The notes: generated by a model not told the origin, from the sequence alone. Numbered from the stretch's first letter, positions 49,632-60,192 are shown. The stretch is 64,000 bases of DNA from Alkalispirochaeta sp. (GCA_965242725.1 CBDESZ010000018.1:96001-160000), one strand, 5' to 3'. Program-made: numbers and translations.

Positions 49632-50313
49632 GGGGCTCGGCGTTTTTATTCAGGTGCGCCTCGCGTCGACGAGACTGCCCGGGAAGGCACTGCTGCCGCT
49701 TGAAGACAGGACGGTGATCGGTCACGTCATGCGGGCGCTGAAAAAGCTTCCGGCGGAGGCTTTTGTACTTCTGACCGATCACGGGAGCGCCGCCCGCCTG
49801 GAGGGTGAGGCGCGGCGATACGGCTATGACCTCTTTACCGGTGATCCCGACGACGTGCTACACCGTTACTGCCGCGCCATAGAACGCTATCGCCCGGAAA
49901 CGGTCCTGCGCGCGACGGGAGACAATCCTCTGACGAGCGTGGAAGCTGCACGGCTCGCGCTCGAGCTCTTTCAGTCCACGGGAGCCGATTACGCCGGTAT
50001 CACCGGAACTCCCTACGGCACCGGTGTTGAAATTGTACGCAGTGCGGCGCTCCTGGACGTTGAGACTTATACGAACGATCCCTACGACAGGGAACACGTT
50101 ACGCCCGGCATCTACCGCAGAGACGACCGCTATTCAGTTCGACTTGCCCCCGCACCGGACCACCTGTCCATGCCGGATCTGCGGGTAACCCTTGATACCC
50201 CGACGGATTACGACTACATTTCGGGGATCTATGGGGAAATGTATACAGGTTCTCCAATCGAAATACCTCAGTTAATAGAATATGGTCGCCGACATCACCA
50301 AAACAGTGCGTAA
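49624..50313 (+). CDS. SpsF-like acylneuraminate/nonulosonate cytidylyltransferase
   Basis: IQVRLASTRLPGKAL, GDPDDVLHRY, RATGDNP, REHVT, RVTLDTPTDY. Confidence 0.88.
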   Translation: MSRGLGVFIQVRLASTRLPGKALLPLEDRTVIGHVMRALKKLPAEAFVLLTDHGSAARLEGEARRYGYDLFTGDPDDVLHRYCRAIERYRPETVLRATGDNPLTSVEAARLALELFQSTGADYAGITGTPYGTGVEIVRSAALLDVETYTNDPYDREHVTPGIYRRDDRYSVRLAPAPDHLSMPDLRVTLDTPTDYDYISGIYGEMYTGSPIEIPQLIEYGRRHHQNSA

Positions 50314-52057
50314 GAACATACTCATCGTTGCCGAACATCGTATCGGACACGGAAGCGGTCATCTCCACCGGTGTGCCCGTATCGCTCCACAGCTTGACGG
50401 TGAGGTGGACTGGCTTCTGCCTGAAGGGGGAGACGAAACCCATTATTCCCGTACAGCGGCGCTTGAAATGATCGGGAATCCGATGCTGCCCGTACGCTGG
50501 GTCGATCGTCCGCTCGGTCCCTACGATATGGTCATTCTTGACCGGCGGGAAGTCTCACTGGACGAGCTGCGCTCGTACCCGGTCGACGGCATCGTTGTCG
50601 GAATCGATCTGGCCGGGGAGGGGCGCCGGTACTGCTCCTACCTGATCGATGCCCTTGAAAGTCCGCCCTACATGGAACGCCCCAATATCGCCGACAGCGG
50701 CCTGCTCCATCTACCCGATACGGTTCGGGAAGAGTGGCCGGAACGGATTGAAAAGGTCCTTGTCTCCTTCGGCGGAGAGCACAGCGGGGCCGGTATAGAT
50801 CTGGCGACCGCTCTCGCCGGGAATGAGGAACTCTCGGTCTATCTGGCAACACGGGAAGGTACATTCACTCCGGAACACGTACACGCTCTGCAGGTTCCGG
50901 GAGCGTTGCGAGAGCGACTTCATGAGTTTGACCTGGTGATTACCCATTTCGGATTGACGGCATACGAAGCGCTGTGGGCACGGGTACCGGTGATTGTAAA
51001 GAATCCTAGTGCATATCACGACACCCTTTCGCGGACCGCCGGATTTGCGGAAGCCCGAAACGGGGGAGAAGTTCTTCGTCACATTCGACGTATCGAAAAT
51101 CTGACGGATCGGTGTAAACGATTGCGCCCCAACGGAAAATCGGATATCGCCGCCCTCATTAACGAACTGTCCATACCCCGACGATGCACCCCTCCCTCTG
51201 GTGGCGAGCGCTGGCAGCCTGCGGTGGCGCGATTTGCCGAGCGCACCTTTTTTCAAAATACAGACGATCTCGTATACATGCAGAACTACCATGGCCCCGT
51301 CGTTGAATACACCCACGACTACTTCTTTTCACAGTACGCGAGTCAGTACGGCAAGACCTATCTTGAGGATTTCCCGGCCATTCAATCTGTCGGTACGCGT
51401 CGCATACATGACATAAAGCGACACCTTTCCCGTCAGGACCATCCCCCGCGATTGCTCGATATCGGATGTGCCTACGGACCGTTTCTGCAGGCCGCGGCCG
51501 ATGCGCGCTGCGACGTAACGGGTATCGATATCTCAGCGGAAGCGACCGAATATGTTCAAAGACAACTCGGATTTCCCGCGATCGCCGGAGATATTCTCGA
51601 TCCCCGACTCGGTGATATGGGAGGTCCCTTTGACATCGTTACAATGTGGTATGTAATCGAGCATTTTGAAGATCTTGACAGGCTTCTGAACAAGGTGGTG
51701 ACGATCCTGAAACCGGGTGGACTCTTTGCATTTTCGACGCCCAATCTGGACGGTATTTCCGGACGGAGCGACCGCCGGGAATTTTACCGGCGCAGTCCGA
51801 TGGATCACTATACGGTGATGTCACCCGATATCGCACAGAGCGTCCTCGACGGATACCATCTCCGCAAAAGATCTGTTCGCATCACCGGGCACCATCCGGA
51901 ACGATTCTCCTTCGTCCCTCCGCCCCGGGGTGAAGAGCGGCAGGGGGGCGGCTACCATTCCTACCGGTATGGATTCCGGTATCGTCTGGCCGCGGTACTT
52001 TCCCGCCTGCGCCGCCTGGGAGACACCTTTGAATATATCGCGGAGTATCGTCCGTGA
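50282..52057 (+). CDS. PseG/SpsG-like GT-B domain fused to class I SAM methyltransferase
   Basis: GHGSGHLHRC, LVSFGG, HFGLTAYE; LLDIGCAYG, WYVIEH, LKPGG, STPN. Confidence 0.8.
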   Translation: MVADITKTVRKNILIVAEHRIGHGSGHLHRCARIAPQLDGEVDWLLPEGGDETHYSRTAALEMIGNPMLPVRWVDRPLGPYDMVILDRREVSLDELRSYPVDGIVVGIDLAGEGRRYCSYLIDALESPPYMERPNIADSGLLHLPDTVREEWPERIEKVLVSFGGEHSGAGIDLATALAGNEELSVYLATREGTFTPEHVHALQVPGALRERLHEFDLVITHFGLTAYEALWARVPVIVKNPSAYHDTLSRTAGFAEARNGGEVLRHIRRIENLTDRCKRLRPNGKSDIAALINELSIPRRCTPPSGGERWQPAVARFAERTFFQNTDDLVYMQNYHGPVVEYTHDYFFSQYASQYGKTYLEDFPAIQSVGTRRIHDIKRHLSRQDHPPRLLDIGCAYGPFLQAAADARCDVTGIDISAEATEYVQRQLGFPAIAGDILDPRLGDMGGPFDIVTMWYVIEHFEDLDRLLNKVVTILKPGGLFAFSTPNLDGISGRSDRREFYRRSPMDHYTVMSPDIAQSVLDGYHLRKRSVRITGHHPERFSFVPPPRGEERQGGGYHSYRYGFRYRLAAVLSRLRRLGDTFEYIAEYRP

Positions 52058-53643
52058 CGGGGGCCGTATTCCTTCTTGGCGGCGGCCTGATGCAGATCCC
52101 GGCAATTCGGGCGGCCCGGGAACTTGGTCTGGAATGTCATCTTGCCGACGGAAATGACCGATGCATCGGCCGTGATCTGGCCGGCCATTTTTATCACGTC
52201 GATTTGCGCGATCGGGAGGGGTTGCTTGCGGCGGCCCGGGAGATTCCTGACTTACGCGGCGTATTTACCGCCGGCACCGATTTCTCCCGCAGCGTTGCCT
52301 ACGTTGCGGAACATCTTATGCTGCCGGGTATTTCGGAGGATGTGGCGCTCAGGGCTACCGACAAGGGACTGATGCGGCGTTGTCTCGGTGAGGCGGGCGT
52401 CTCTATCCCCGGATTTCATGTCGTTACGGATGACCAGTCTGATCCGCCCTTTCCGCTGCCGGTGGTGGTGAAACCCGCTGACAATATGGGTGCCCGGGGC
52501 GTTGCCCTGGTTCGCAAAAGGGAAGAGTACCGTCATGCGGTAGAAGTCGCCCGGGAGCTCTCCGTAACAAAGACTGTCGTCGTTGAAGAGTTCATAAACG
52601 GACAGGAGTACAGTCTCGACGCCCTCGTCGTCGACGGTACGGTTCACATAACCGGTATCGGCAGACGGCATATATTTTTTCCGCCACACTTCGTGGAACT
52701 TGGCCACACCATACCCGCTGAGTTGGGTGCGGATGCGGAAGAGGCGCTTGTCCGGGAATTTGAGCGGGCGATAGAAGCGATCGGAATCTTCTCAGGTGCC
52801 GCCAAGGGAGACGTGTTTCTGAGCAGAGACGGGAACGGCCGATACACCGCGACAATCGGAGAGATCGCGGCCCGACTTTCCGGGGGATTCATGTCGGGAT
52901 GGACCTTTCCCCTGGCAACGGGCGTTCCCCTCACGCGGGTCGCACTGGAAATCGCCGTTGGAGAGCGTCCGGACGTGGCTTCGCTCTATCCTGCCCATCA
53001 GAATATTTCGGTGGAGCGAGCGCTCATCTCGGCGCCGGGAACGGTCGCCGCGGTCGTGATGCCTGGTGATCTCGACCCCGATGTGGCGGAGGTATTTGTA
53101 CACGCCTCCGCAGGAGACACGGTGACCTCACCGAAAAATAACGTGGAAAAGGTAGCCAACGTCATCGTTGTATCGGAGACGATGGAGCGCGCCGAATCGA
53201 TCGCCGTCGACGTGCTTGACCGCATCATTGTGGCCCTCATGCCGGCCAACGTTGAAACCGACCGGTACTTCTTTGAAGAAGGCTGGACCGACACGTATCG
53301 CACATATGATGCCGTCGGCGGGGATGTTCACGCATTTCTCGCCGCATCGATGGATATCCCCGGGGTGCTTTCCCGATTGCAACGGTCGCGCCGGAACGGA
53401 GAGGGTATTGCCGTTGCCGATCTGCCGGGACGAGCGGAAGGGGTCGTCCTGCTTCGCTGCAATCACATATCCATCGATGCGGACGTATTGCTGCGCCGCC
53501 TTGTCGATGAAGGAACGATCCGATTTGACGACGCCGCCGACGGGGATATCACACTCCTTTTCTGGCGTGCCTTTCTGGCGGGCGGGCGACAGGGAGTACG
53601 GTACCTGGTCGATACGACAGGCTTCGAAAGAGGGGATGTATGA
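52054..53643 (+). CDS. ATP-grasp ligase
   Basis: LGGGLMQ, DKGLMR, PVVVKPADNMGARGV, VEEFINGQEYS, GEIAARLSGG. Confidence 0.88.
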   Translation: MTGAVFLLGGGLMQIPAIRAARELGLECHLADGNDRCIGRDLAGHFYHVDLRDREGLLAAAREIPDLRGVFTAGTDFSRSVAYVAEHLMLPGISEDVALRATDKGLMRRCLGEAGVSIPGFHVVTDDQSDPPFPLPVVVKPADNMGARGVALVRKREEYRHAVEVARELSVTKTVVVEEFINGQEYSLDALVVDGTVHITGIGRRHIFFPPHFVELGHTIPAELGADAEEALVREFERAIEAIGIFSGAAKGDVFLSRDGNGRYTATIGEIAARLSGGFMSGWTFPLATGVPLTRVALEIAVGERPDVASLYPAHQNISVERALISAPGTVAAVVMPGDLDPDVAEVFVHASAGDTVTSPKNNVEKVANVIVVSETMERAESIAVDVLDRIIVALMPANVETDRYFFEEGWTDTYRTYDAVGGDVHAFLAASMDIPGVLSRLQRSRRNGEGIAVADLPGRAEGVVLLRCNHISIDADVLLRRLVDEGTIRFDDAADGDITLLFWRAFLAGGRQGVRYLVDTTGFERGDV

Positions 53644-54692
53644 TGGACCACAACCGATCGGGTAGATTGTTTCCACCGGTGATCTGGATGGTGCTGTTCC
53701 TGTCGGTCACCGCCTCCGCGATTGCCCAGGATCATCCGGTCCCGCTTTCACAGCTCCTTGAGCGAACCGAGGCACGACTGCAGTGGGATCCCTATCGAGG
53801 ACAGGGAGCGCTCGTCCGCGGCACCGATGTGCTCGCCTTTTCCCTCTCCTCCAATGCGGCACTTGTCAACTTCCGGCAGTCCGTTGCGGTTCCCGCAGCA
53901 CGGCGGGAAGGGGGAGAATTGCGATTCACCCGTGATTTTCTCGATCTTGCCCTTCGGGTCTTTCCGCCGCCGCCGCAGAGACGGCGTATCGCCGCCTTCT
54001 TCATCGATCCGGGACATGGCGGCAAGGATCCGGGCGCATTGGGACGCATCGGTGGAGGTGATGCGGAGTCGAGGGAAATTCGCGAGAAAGACGTCGTTCT
54101 CGACGTTGCGCTGCGGTTGAAGGATCTTTTGGAGCGGGAGTATCCCGATCGGGAGATCGTCGTATCCCGTGAGACCGATATCTACCTGACCCTCGAAGAG
54201 CGAACGAACGTTGCAAATTCGATTACGACGGGGCCGAACGAGACCGTTCTCTTTCTGTCCATTCACGCAAACGCATCATTGAACCGTAATGCGACGGGCT
54301 TTGAAGTGTGGTTCCTTCCGCCTGAATTTCGACGGAAGGATCTGGTAAACCCTGAACGGACCGGCGTCGACGATCCGGACGTTCTGACGATACTTAACAC
54401 CATGCGGGAAGAGGAGATCACTATTGAAAGCATTCTCCTCGCACGGAATGTGCTTACCGGAATGGAATCGAGAATAGGCGGCAGGTCACCCAACCGCGGT
54501 CTCAGGGAAGAGAGCTGGTACGTGGTTCGTAACGCCAAAATGCCGTCGATTCTTGTTGAAGTCGGCTTTGTGACAAACCCGACGGAGGCGGATTTACTCT
54601 CCCGGGGACCGTACTTGCAAGACCTGTCGGAGGGTATCTATACTGGTCTGCGGAATTTTGTACAACAATATGAAGAACTTGGAACTGAATAA
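53640..54692 (+). CDS. N-acetylmuramoyl-L-alanine amidase (Amidase_3)
   Basis: Signal peptide; IDPGHGGKDPGA, EKDV, LSIHANA, LVEVGF. Confidence 0.93.
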   Translation: MMDHNRSGRLFPPVIWMVLFLSVTASAIAQDHPVPLSQLLERTEARLQWDPYRGQGALVRGTDVLAFSLSSNAALVNFRQSVAVPAARREGGELRFTRDFLDLALRVFPPPPQRRRIAAFFIDPGHGGKDPGALGRIGGGDAESREIREKDVVLDVALRLKDLLEREYPDREIVVSRETDIYLTLEERTNVANSITTGPNETVLFLSIHANASLNRNATGFEVWFLPPEFRRKDLVNPERTGVDDPDVLTILNTMREEEITIESILLARNVLTGMESRIGGRSPNRGLREESWYVVRNAKMPSILVEVGFVTNPTEADLLSRGPYLQDLSEGIYTGLRNFVQQYEELGTE

Positions 54693-55161
54693 AACGGGAA
54701 TCATCGCAGTTGTTGTCGCCGTCCTTCTGGGGACCGTTGCAGGCATCCTCGCCCAGACGCTGCCGGAGCAGCGGGCACAACGGTACAATCTCGCCTTTCC
54801 CGATACGGCGGGCGGTAAAAACCACCATGAATGGCGGCTGCTTCCGGAACGTGACACCATTGCAGGTACGGCGCGCCTTGTCGTTGAAGAATTGCTTCTC
54901 GGTCCCGTCCAGCTTGGGGCGGTACCGTTCGTTCCGGAAGGTACCGCCGTCAGAAGCGTCATTTATCGCAGGGAGAGCCGGACACTCTATGTCGATTTTT
55001 CATCGCACCTTGTGGTGGGGAATATCCGGGGAAATATTTCAATTGAGGAAGCTCTCGATCTCATTACCTATAACATCAACCGAAATATTCCCCGCATTGA
55101 AGAGATCGTCATGACCGTGGAAGGCCAATTACCGGGGGTACCGAGATTTGACACTCTTTGA
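54670..55161 (+). CDS. GerMN domain protein
   Basis: N-terminal hydrophobic segment; VEELLLGP, PEGT, YVDFS, VEG. Confidence 0.7.
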   Translation: MKNLELNKTGIIAVVVAVLLGTVAGILAQTLPEQRAQRYNLAFPDTAGGKNHHEWRLLPERDTIAGTARLVVEELLLGPVQLGAVPFVPEGTAVRSVIYRRESRTLYVDFSSHLVVGNIRGNISIEEALDLITYNINRNIPRIEEIVMTVEGQLPGVPRFDTL

Positions 55162-55173
55162 CAATCTTGGACG

Positions 55174-55201
55174 TTGACAAAGAAAATGTGGGCGTTATAA
55201 T
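55174..55201 (+). promoter_or_regulatory. sigma70 promoter of flaA
   Basis: TTGACA-N16-TATAAT. Confidence 0.8.
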
Positions 55202-55250
55202 TTGGTGAAGGTTACATTCTATACATGCGCTTAACGCAAAGGAGAGTTGG

Positions 55251-56267
55251 ATGAGACGTTCCGTCCTTTTCATTTTGATTGTTCTACTGGCTGCGACAAC
55301 GGTTGCGGCAGAAGAAGCTGTGTTAATCGATTTCGCAGAGCTCACTTCCGACTATCCGGCGGACAACCCGGTACACAATGAGCGGACGCTCGTTGACTAC
55401 AGTATCGCTGCCGGTTCCAGTTATACGGAAGAAGAGAAGGCGGAAATGAAGATTTCACTGGCCATCAATGCCTGGGAAATTGAACTCGCTTCGTCGTCCC
55501 GCAATGTTCAGACGATTTCTAACAGCATGATCCGTCCCGCCCCCGTCCGGGAAGGTGCAAGCAACTATGAAGGTGCCACCGTACTCGGCGCACGGGTGCA
55601 TTTTCCCGATGGTCCCTTTAACTCATGGGCTCTGATCCGACCGCCTTTTGAGATTCCCGCATATGCGGATCTCACCGAGGTCCAGGATGACGGTTCAGTT
55701 GTCGTACCCCAGGGTGAGCAAGGGGGAGGCAGTAAATTCGACAATTTTGGCGTGGTCAAGAATGTCGGTGTCCTTCGTTCCGTATCAATGAACGTTCACG
55801 GTTTAAACTTCCCTCACGGCATCAGCGTGGTGCTGCAGGATGAAAACAACGAAGAACACGAGATATTCCTCGGCTACCTGCAGTTTGAAGGATGGAGAAC
55901 CCTGGAGTGGCAGAATCCCAATTACATCTCCGAGGTGCGTGACCGGGAAATTCGATCCTATCCGCTGTACCCCAACTCCACTCCCATGCGCAAGCTCATT
56001 GGTGTGCGGATTTATCGCGACGCCGCGATGACCGGGGGTGATTTTATCACCTATATCAAGGATATCTCTCTCACCTACGACCGCGCGGTTCTTTCTCTTG
56101 AACGCGACATCAATGACGAAGCGGTTTGGGGCATTCTCCAGGAGCGGGAACGCAGCCGACGTGATGCGGAGCTCCGTAACCTCGGTAACATTCAGGTTCT
56201 GCGCTACCTTGAGCAACGGAAAATGCACGACGCAAACGCGCAGGCGGCGGAAGGCAACGGAGAATAA
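55251..56267 (+). CDS. flaA: Flagellar filament sheath protein FlaA
   Basis: Signal peptide, EAVLIDFAEL, LGARVHFP, PPFEIPAY, KNVGVL, GWRTLEWQNPNY, DINDEAVWGI; SD AAGGAG. Confidence 0.95.
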   Translation: MRRSVLFILIVLLAATTVAAEEAVLIDFAELTSDYPADNPVHNERTLVDYSIAAGSSYTEEEKAEMKISLAINAWEIELASSSRNVQTISNSMIRPAPVREGASNYEGATVLGARVHFPDGPFNSWALIRPPFEIPAYADLTEVQDDGSVVVPQGEQGGGSKFDNFGVVKNVGVLRSVSMNVHGLNFPHGISVVLQDENNEEHEIFLGYLQFEGWRTLEWQNPNYISEVRDREIRSYPLYPNSTPMRKLIGVRIYRDAAMTGGDFITYIKDISLTYDRAVLSLERDINDEAVWGILQERERSRRDAELRNLGNIQVLRYLEQRKMHDANAQAAEGNGE

Positions 56268-56319
56268 TAACTATTCACGGATAATCGTGACTAAATTACT
56301 GTAAGAAAATGAATTAACG

Positions 56320-56349
56320 GCCCTTCACATACGTGAAGGGCTTTTTTTT
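56320..56349 (+). terminator. Intrinsic terminator after flaA
   Basis: GCCCTTCAC-ATAC-GTGAAGGGC followed by T8. Confidence 0.9.
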
Positions 56350-56391
56350 GGCTTGACGTCGGAACAGAAAAAGATCAGAATTGAAGGCATC

Positions 56392-58830
56392 ATGAGCGAC
56401 TATCTGGACCCCGGAAACGAAGAACTGCTGAAAGATTTCTATGTGGAAGCGGAAATGCAGGTTGAGACGTTGGAGAGCAACGTCCTCGTTCTGGAAAACG
56501 ATCCAAAGAATCACGACGCCATCGACGAAATATTTCGCGCGGCACACACCCTGAAAGGCGGTGCGGCGACCGTTCAAATGAACGAGCTGGCGGAGTTTAC
56601 CCATCTGGTCGAGGACGCCCTCGATGAAATACGCAGCGGGCGTTCTTCAATCGTGGGATCCACCATCGACACGCTGTTGCAGTCAATCGACGTCATTAAG
56701 GCGATGCTTGCGGAACGGCAGGACGGCGGCGTATTTGACGGGGATACATCGGCGATTAAAAACTCCCTCCGGGCGATCCTGACGGGCGGCGCCGTACCGG
56801 AGCAGAAAGAAGCTGCTCCTGCAGCGAAGAAGCAGGAATCGACTGCGCCTGCAGTACCGCCGACGGCGGCGCCACGGGCGGCCGGTGCCGGATCGACGTC
56901 ACTTACCGAGTATGAGGTTCTGGAGCTGCGTGAGGCGGCGCCGGACAATCAGAACGTCTATGAAGTGATCGTTGACTTCCGACAGGACAATCCGATGAAC
57001 AGCGTCGGTGGTATTCAGGTATTTGCGGTATTGAAGCAGTTTTCTCAGGTCCTGAAGACGATCCCCGAGTTTGAAGCACTGTATGAGGATGTATTTCATC
57101 CCCAGGTCAGGTATTACATCGCAAGTGATGAAGACCCGACGGCATATTATGAACAGCTGAACATCGCCGACGTTACCGAGTCGGTTTCTATTGCGCCCGT
57201 CGGTGAAGGCGCGGGCACAGAGCCCGCCGGGGGTGAGCAAAAACGCACTGTCCACGAAGAGCCCAAGAGGGCACAGACAAGGGAGAGCGCCCCTGCCAAG
57301 GTGCCGGCGTCTCCCGCCGCGCCTCGGGCGGCGGCGTCGGTTTCAGGTGATTTCGAAGAAGAAACGGAAGATGTCGCGGAGCAGACAGAACAGGCCACGG
57401 AACGGGCTCGGGGTCTTGAAGGCAAACGCAGCGGCAGACAGGGATCGATTTTACGGGTGGACAGTCGTCGCATTGACAATCTATTGAACCTCGTCAGTGA
57501 GACGGTTATCAACAAAGCGAGTTTCAACCAGATCAGCAATACCTTCGGCGACAATCTTACGTCCTTTCAGCAGGCGGAAGGTCGCTATCGCGACTCGCTC
57601 AAGGATCTGTTTGAAAGTCTTCCGGAATATCTTGACGCGATACAGCGCGGTGAATCGGTGAAAAGCGTCCGGCAACGGATCAATGAACGCTTCGGCGATA
57701 TTCCCAATGTATTTGACGGGTTTCACACGGAGTTCAAGTCCAATGTGGCAAAATTCCGTAATACTGCACAGAACCTCGGAAGAATTGCAGGAGAGCTGCA
57801 GGAAGGGGTCATGCGGATTCGTATGGTTCCCATTTCGCAGATATTTTCCCGTTTTCCCCGGCTTGTGCGTGACCTGTCCCGTTCTCTGAAGAAAAAAATA
57901 GACCTTCAAATTGAAGGTGAAGATACCGAGCTGGACAAATCGGTTATTGAAGACCTTCTTGACCCGCTTATCCACTGTGTACGGAATAGTATCGATCACG
58001 GAATCGAGGATCCTGAACTCCGGCGGGAATCGGGAAAAAATGAAGTGGGAACGGTGAAGCTTCGCGCAAGCAATGAAGGAAATATGATCCTCATAGAAAT
58101 CGAGGATGACGGGCGCGGCATCGACGTTGATAACGTCAGGAAGAAAGCGATAGACAGAGGCGTCATACACCCGAACAAGCAACTCTCCGACATTGAGGCG
58201 TTCAATCTCATATTTGACCCCGGATTTTCGACGGCCGAGAAAATCACCAATGTATCGGGTCGTGGAGTCGGGCTCGATGTCGTCAAGCGTCAGATTGAAA
58301 AACTCAACGGCACGGTCAAGGTGTGGTCCGAGCGCGGCCTCGGTACGCGATTCACCATAAAGATACCTCTCACGCTTGCGATCATTCAGGGACTCCTGGT
58401 ACGCGTCGGGAAACAGATGTATGCAATACCCATCACGTCGGTCATTGACAGCCATCGCATTAAACCATCTGAAATCAAGATGATCGACAACTACGAAGTG
58501 TTCAATGTCCGCGATGACGTTGTATCACTTATTCGTCTGAGTCGTCTTTTCAAGATTCCGACTAATGAAAATCCCGACTACCACTATGTGGTGATCGTTG
58601 GTACCAGCGAGCGGAAGATGGGACTCATCGTAGATTCTCTCATCGGAGAGGAAGACGTGGTCATAAAACCCCTCCGGGACCATTTCACCAACTCTCCCGG
58701 CATTGCAGGGGCAAATATCACCGGAGACGGACGTGTGTCCCTCATCATCGATGTTAGCCAATTGCTTGAACTGGGGCTTCGTAGAGAAAAAGAGGAACGG
58801 GCAAAACGTGAACTGACCGTTCGCTCGTAA
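56392..58830 (+). CDS. cheA: Chemotaxis histidine kinase CheA (flagellar, spirochaete type)
   Basis: MSDYLD..FRAAHTLKG, P2 domain, extended dimerisation helices, HATPase, CheW-like domain. Confidence 0.97.
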   Translation: MSDYLDPGNEELLKDFYVEAEMQVETLESNVLVLENDPKNHDAIDEIFRAAHTLKGGAATVQMNELAEFTHLVEDALDEIRSGRSSIVGSTIDTLLQSIDVIKAMLAERQDGGVFDGDTSAIKNSLRAILTGGAVPEQKEAAPAAKKQESTAPAVPPTAAPRAAGAGSTSLTEYEVLELREAAPDNQNVYEVIVDFRQDNPMNSVGGIQVFAVLKQFSQVLKTIPEFEALYEDVFHPQVRYYIASDEDPTAYYEQLNIADVTESVSIAPVGEGAGTEPAGGEQKRTVHEEPKRAQTRESAPAKVPASPAAPRAAASVSGDFEEETEDVAEQTEQATERARGLEGKRSGRQGSILRVDSRRIDNLLNLVSETVINKASFNQISNTFGDNLTSFQQAEGRYRDSLKDLFESLPEYLDAIQRGESVKSVRQRINERFGDIPNVFDGFHTEFKSNVAKFRNTAQNLGRIAGELQEGVMRIRMVPISQIFSRFPRLVRDLSRSLKKKIDLQIEGEDTELDKSVIEDLLDPLIHCVRNSIDHGIEDPELRRESGKNEVGTVKLRASNEGNMILIEIEDDGRGIDVDNVRKKAIDRGVIHPNKQLSDIEAFNLIFDPGFSTAEKITNVSGRGVGLDVVKRQIEKLNGTVKVWSERGLGTRFTIKIPLTLAIIQGLLVRVGKQMYAIPITSVIDSHRIKPSEIKMIDNYEVFNVRDDVVSLIRLSRLFKIPTNENPDYHYVVIVGTSERKMGLIVDSLIGEEDVVIKPLRDHFTNSPGIAGANITGDGRVSLIIDVSQLLELGLRREKEERAKRELTVRS

Positions 58831-58844
58831 TAAAAGGAAAGAGC

Positions 58845-60183
58845 ATGGCAGATACGGACACGAAGACTGAATCGATGGTGGAACAGGCACAACAGGAAAC
58901 GATCGATTTCAAGATGGTAACCTTTTCCCTCGGAGGAAAAGATTACGGCATCGATATCATGCGGGTAAAGGAAATTGCCAAGTTTACCCAGTTTACCTAC
59001 GTTCCCAATACCGCTCATTACGTCAAAGGCGTGTACAACCTGCGGGGCGATATCATTTCCATCGTCGACCTGCGTTCCTTTTTCAACATTCCCGCGGCTC
59101 AAAAAGAGGAAGACGAACCGGAAAACGGACTGATTCTGCGGCTGGAAACAAATCTGCTCGGCGTCATCGTCGATTCTATTGACAAGGTGGTCGGAATATC
59201 GTCGAACCACGTTCAACCGCCGCATCCGATTTTCGGCGATATCAACATCAAATACATAAGCGGTGTAGCCGACCACGACGGCAGACTCTACATCATTCTT
59301 GATGTGGACCGCATTTTTGGTCGTGAAGAGGATTTGAAGGCGGAGAAGGAATCGGCCGCATGGCGGATCTCTGAAGCGGCATCAGCGGCGGCACCCAAAG
59401 CGACCGCAACGGGCGCAACGGAAACAAAACCGTCTTTGACGGGCAACGAGGAAACGTTTATCGCCGACGGTGTCTCCACCTTTTCCGATTTTCACGTCTC
59501 ACCGGTCAATGCGGCCTGGTTTCGTGGACGCGTCAAGGAGTGGGTTGAGGACCGCAGCCGGGGAGAAACGGGAGTATCAGCTTAAAGAGGCGAGTGACGC
59601 CGAGGAGTTCCTCAGGACTTTTTATTCACGCTATACCGGTACGTTCTGGCGGGATCAATACGCAGAACAGTTCATGAAAAAGGTACCGGCGACGGAAAGC
59701 ACCGTGTACAACGTCTGGAACCCGGGATGCGGCAGTGGCCACGAGTCATATTCAATCGCCGTACTGCTGAGGAAACGGTTCCCAAACCAGCAGATAAAGA
59801 TATGGGCAGGAGACAAGGATCTCATGCAGATATCGACGGCGCCCAATCTCGTATTCCCTGCCAATGATGTACCGCCCGATTGGAAGGAGCTGATCGTCGA
59901 CGGGAAAAACGGTACGACTTTTAAACGGGAAGTGAAAGAACTGATACTCTTTGAGTTCAGTGATATCCTGAGCGTCTCGGCAATGCCTAAGATGGATGTT
60001 GTGGTTGCGCGTGATTTGCTCTCCTTTCAGAAGGAAGAGGATCAGGAACGCATCATGGAACGGTTTGACGAAGTATTGAAACCCGGCGGCGTACTGGTGC
60101 TGGGAGATAATGAGGACGTCGGCGACGGCGCAGTTTGGGAACCCGCAGAAGGACTTCCCGTCAACATGTATTTTCATCGGTAG
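58845..60183 (+). CDS. cheW: CheW with C-terminal CheR-like domain (one +1 frameshift at G4, 59560-59563)
   Basis: CheW (FKMVTFSL..GVYNLRG) continues in the next frame into VWNPGCGSGHESYS..ARDLLSF..LVLGDNE. Confidence 0.88.
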
Positions 60184-60192
60184 GAGTAGTAA

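Noticed and set aside
57500..57800. Long helical insertion in the dimerisation domain of flagellar CheA, and the CheW-CheR-like fusion
   Set aside because: Already described features of spirochaete chemotaxis systems, so not novel.
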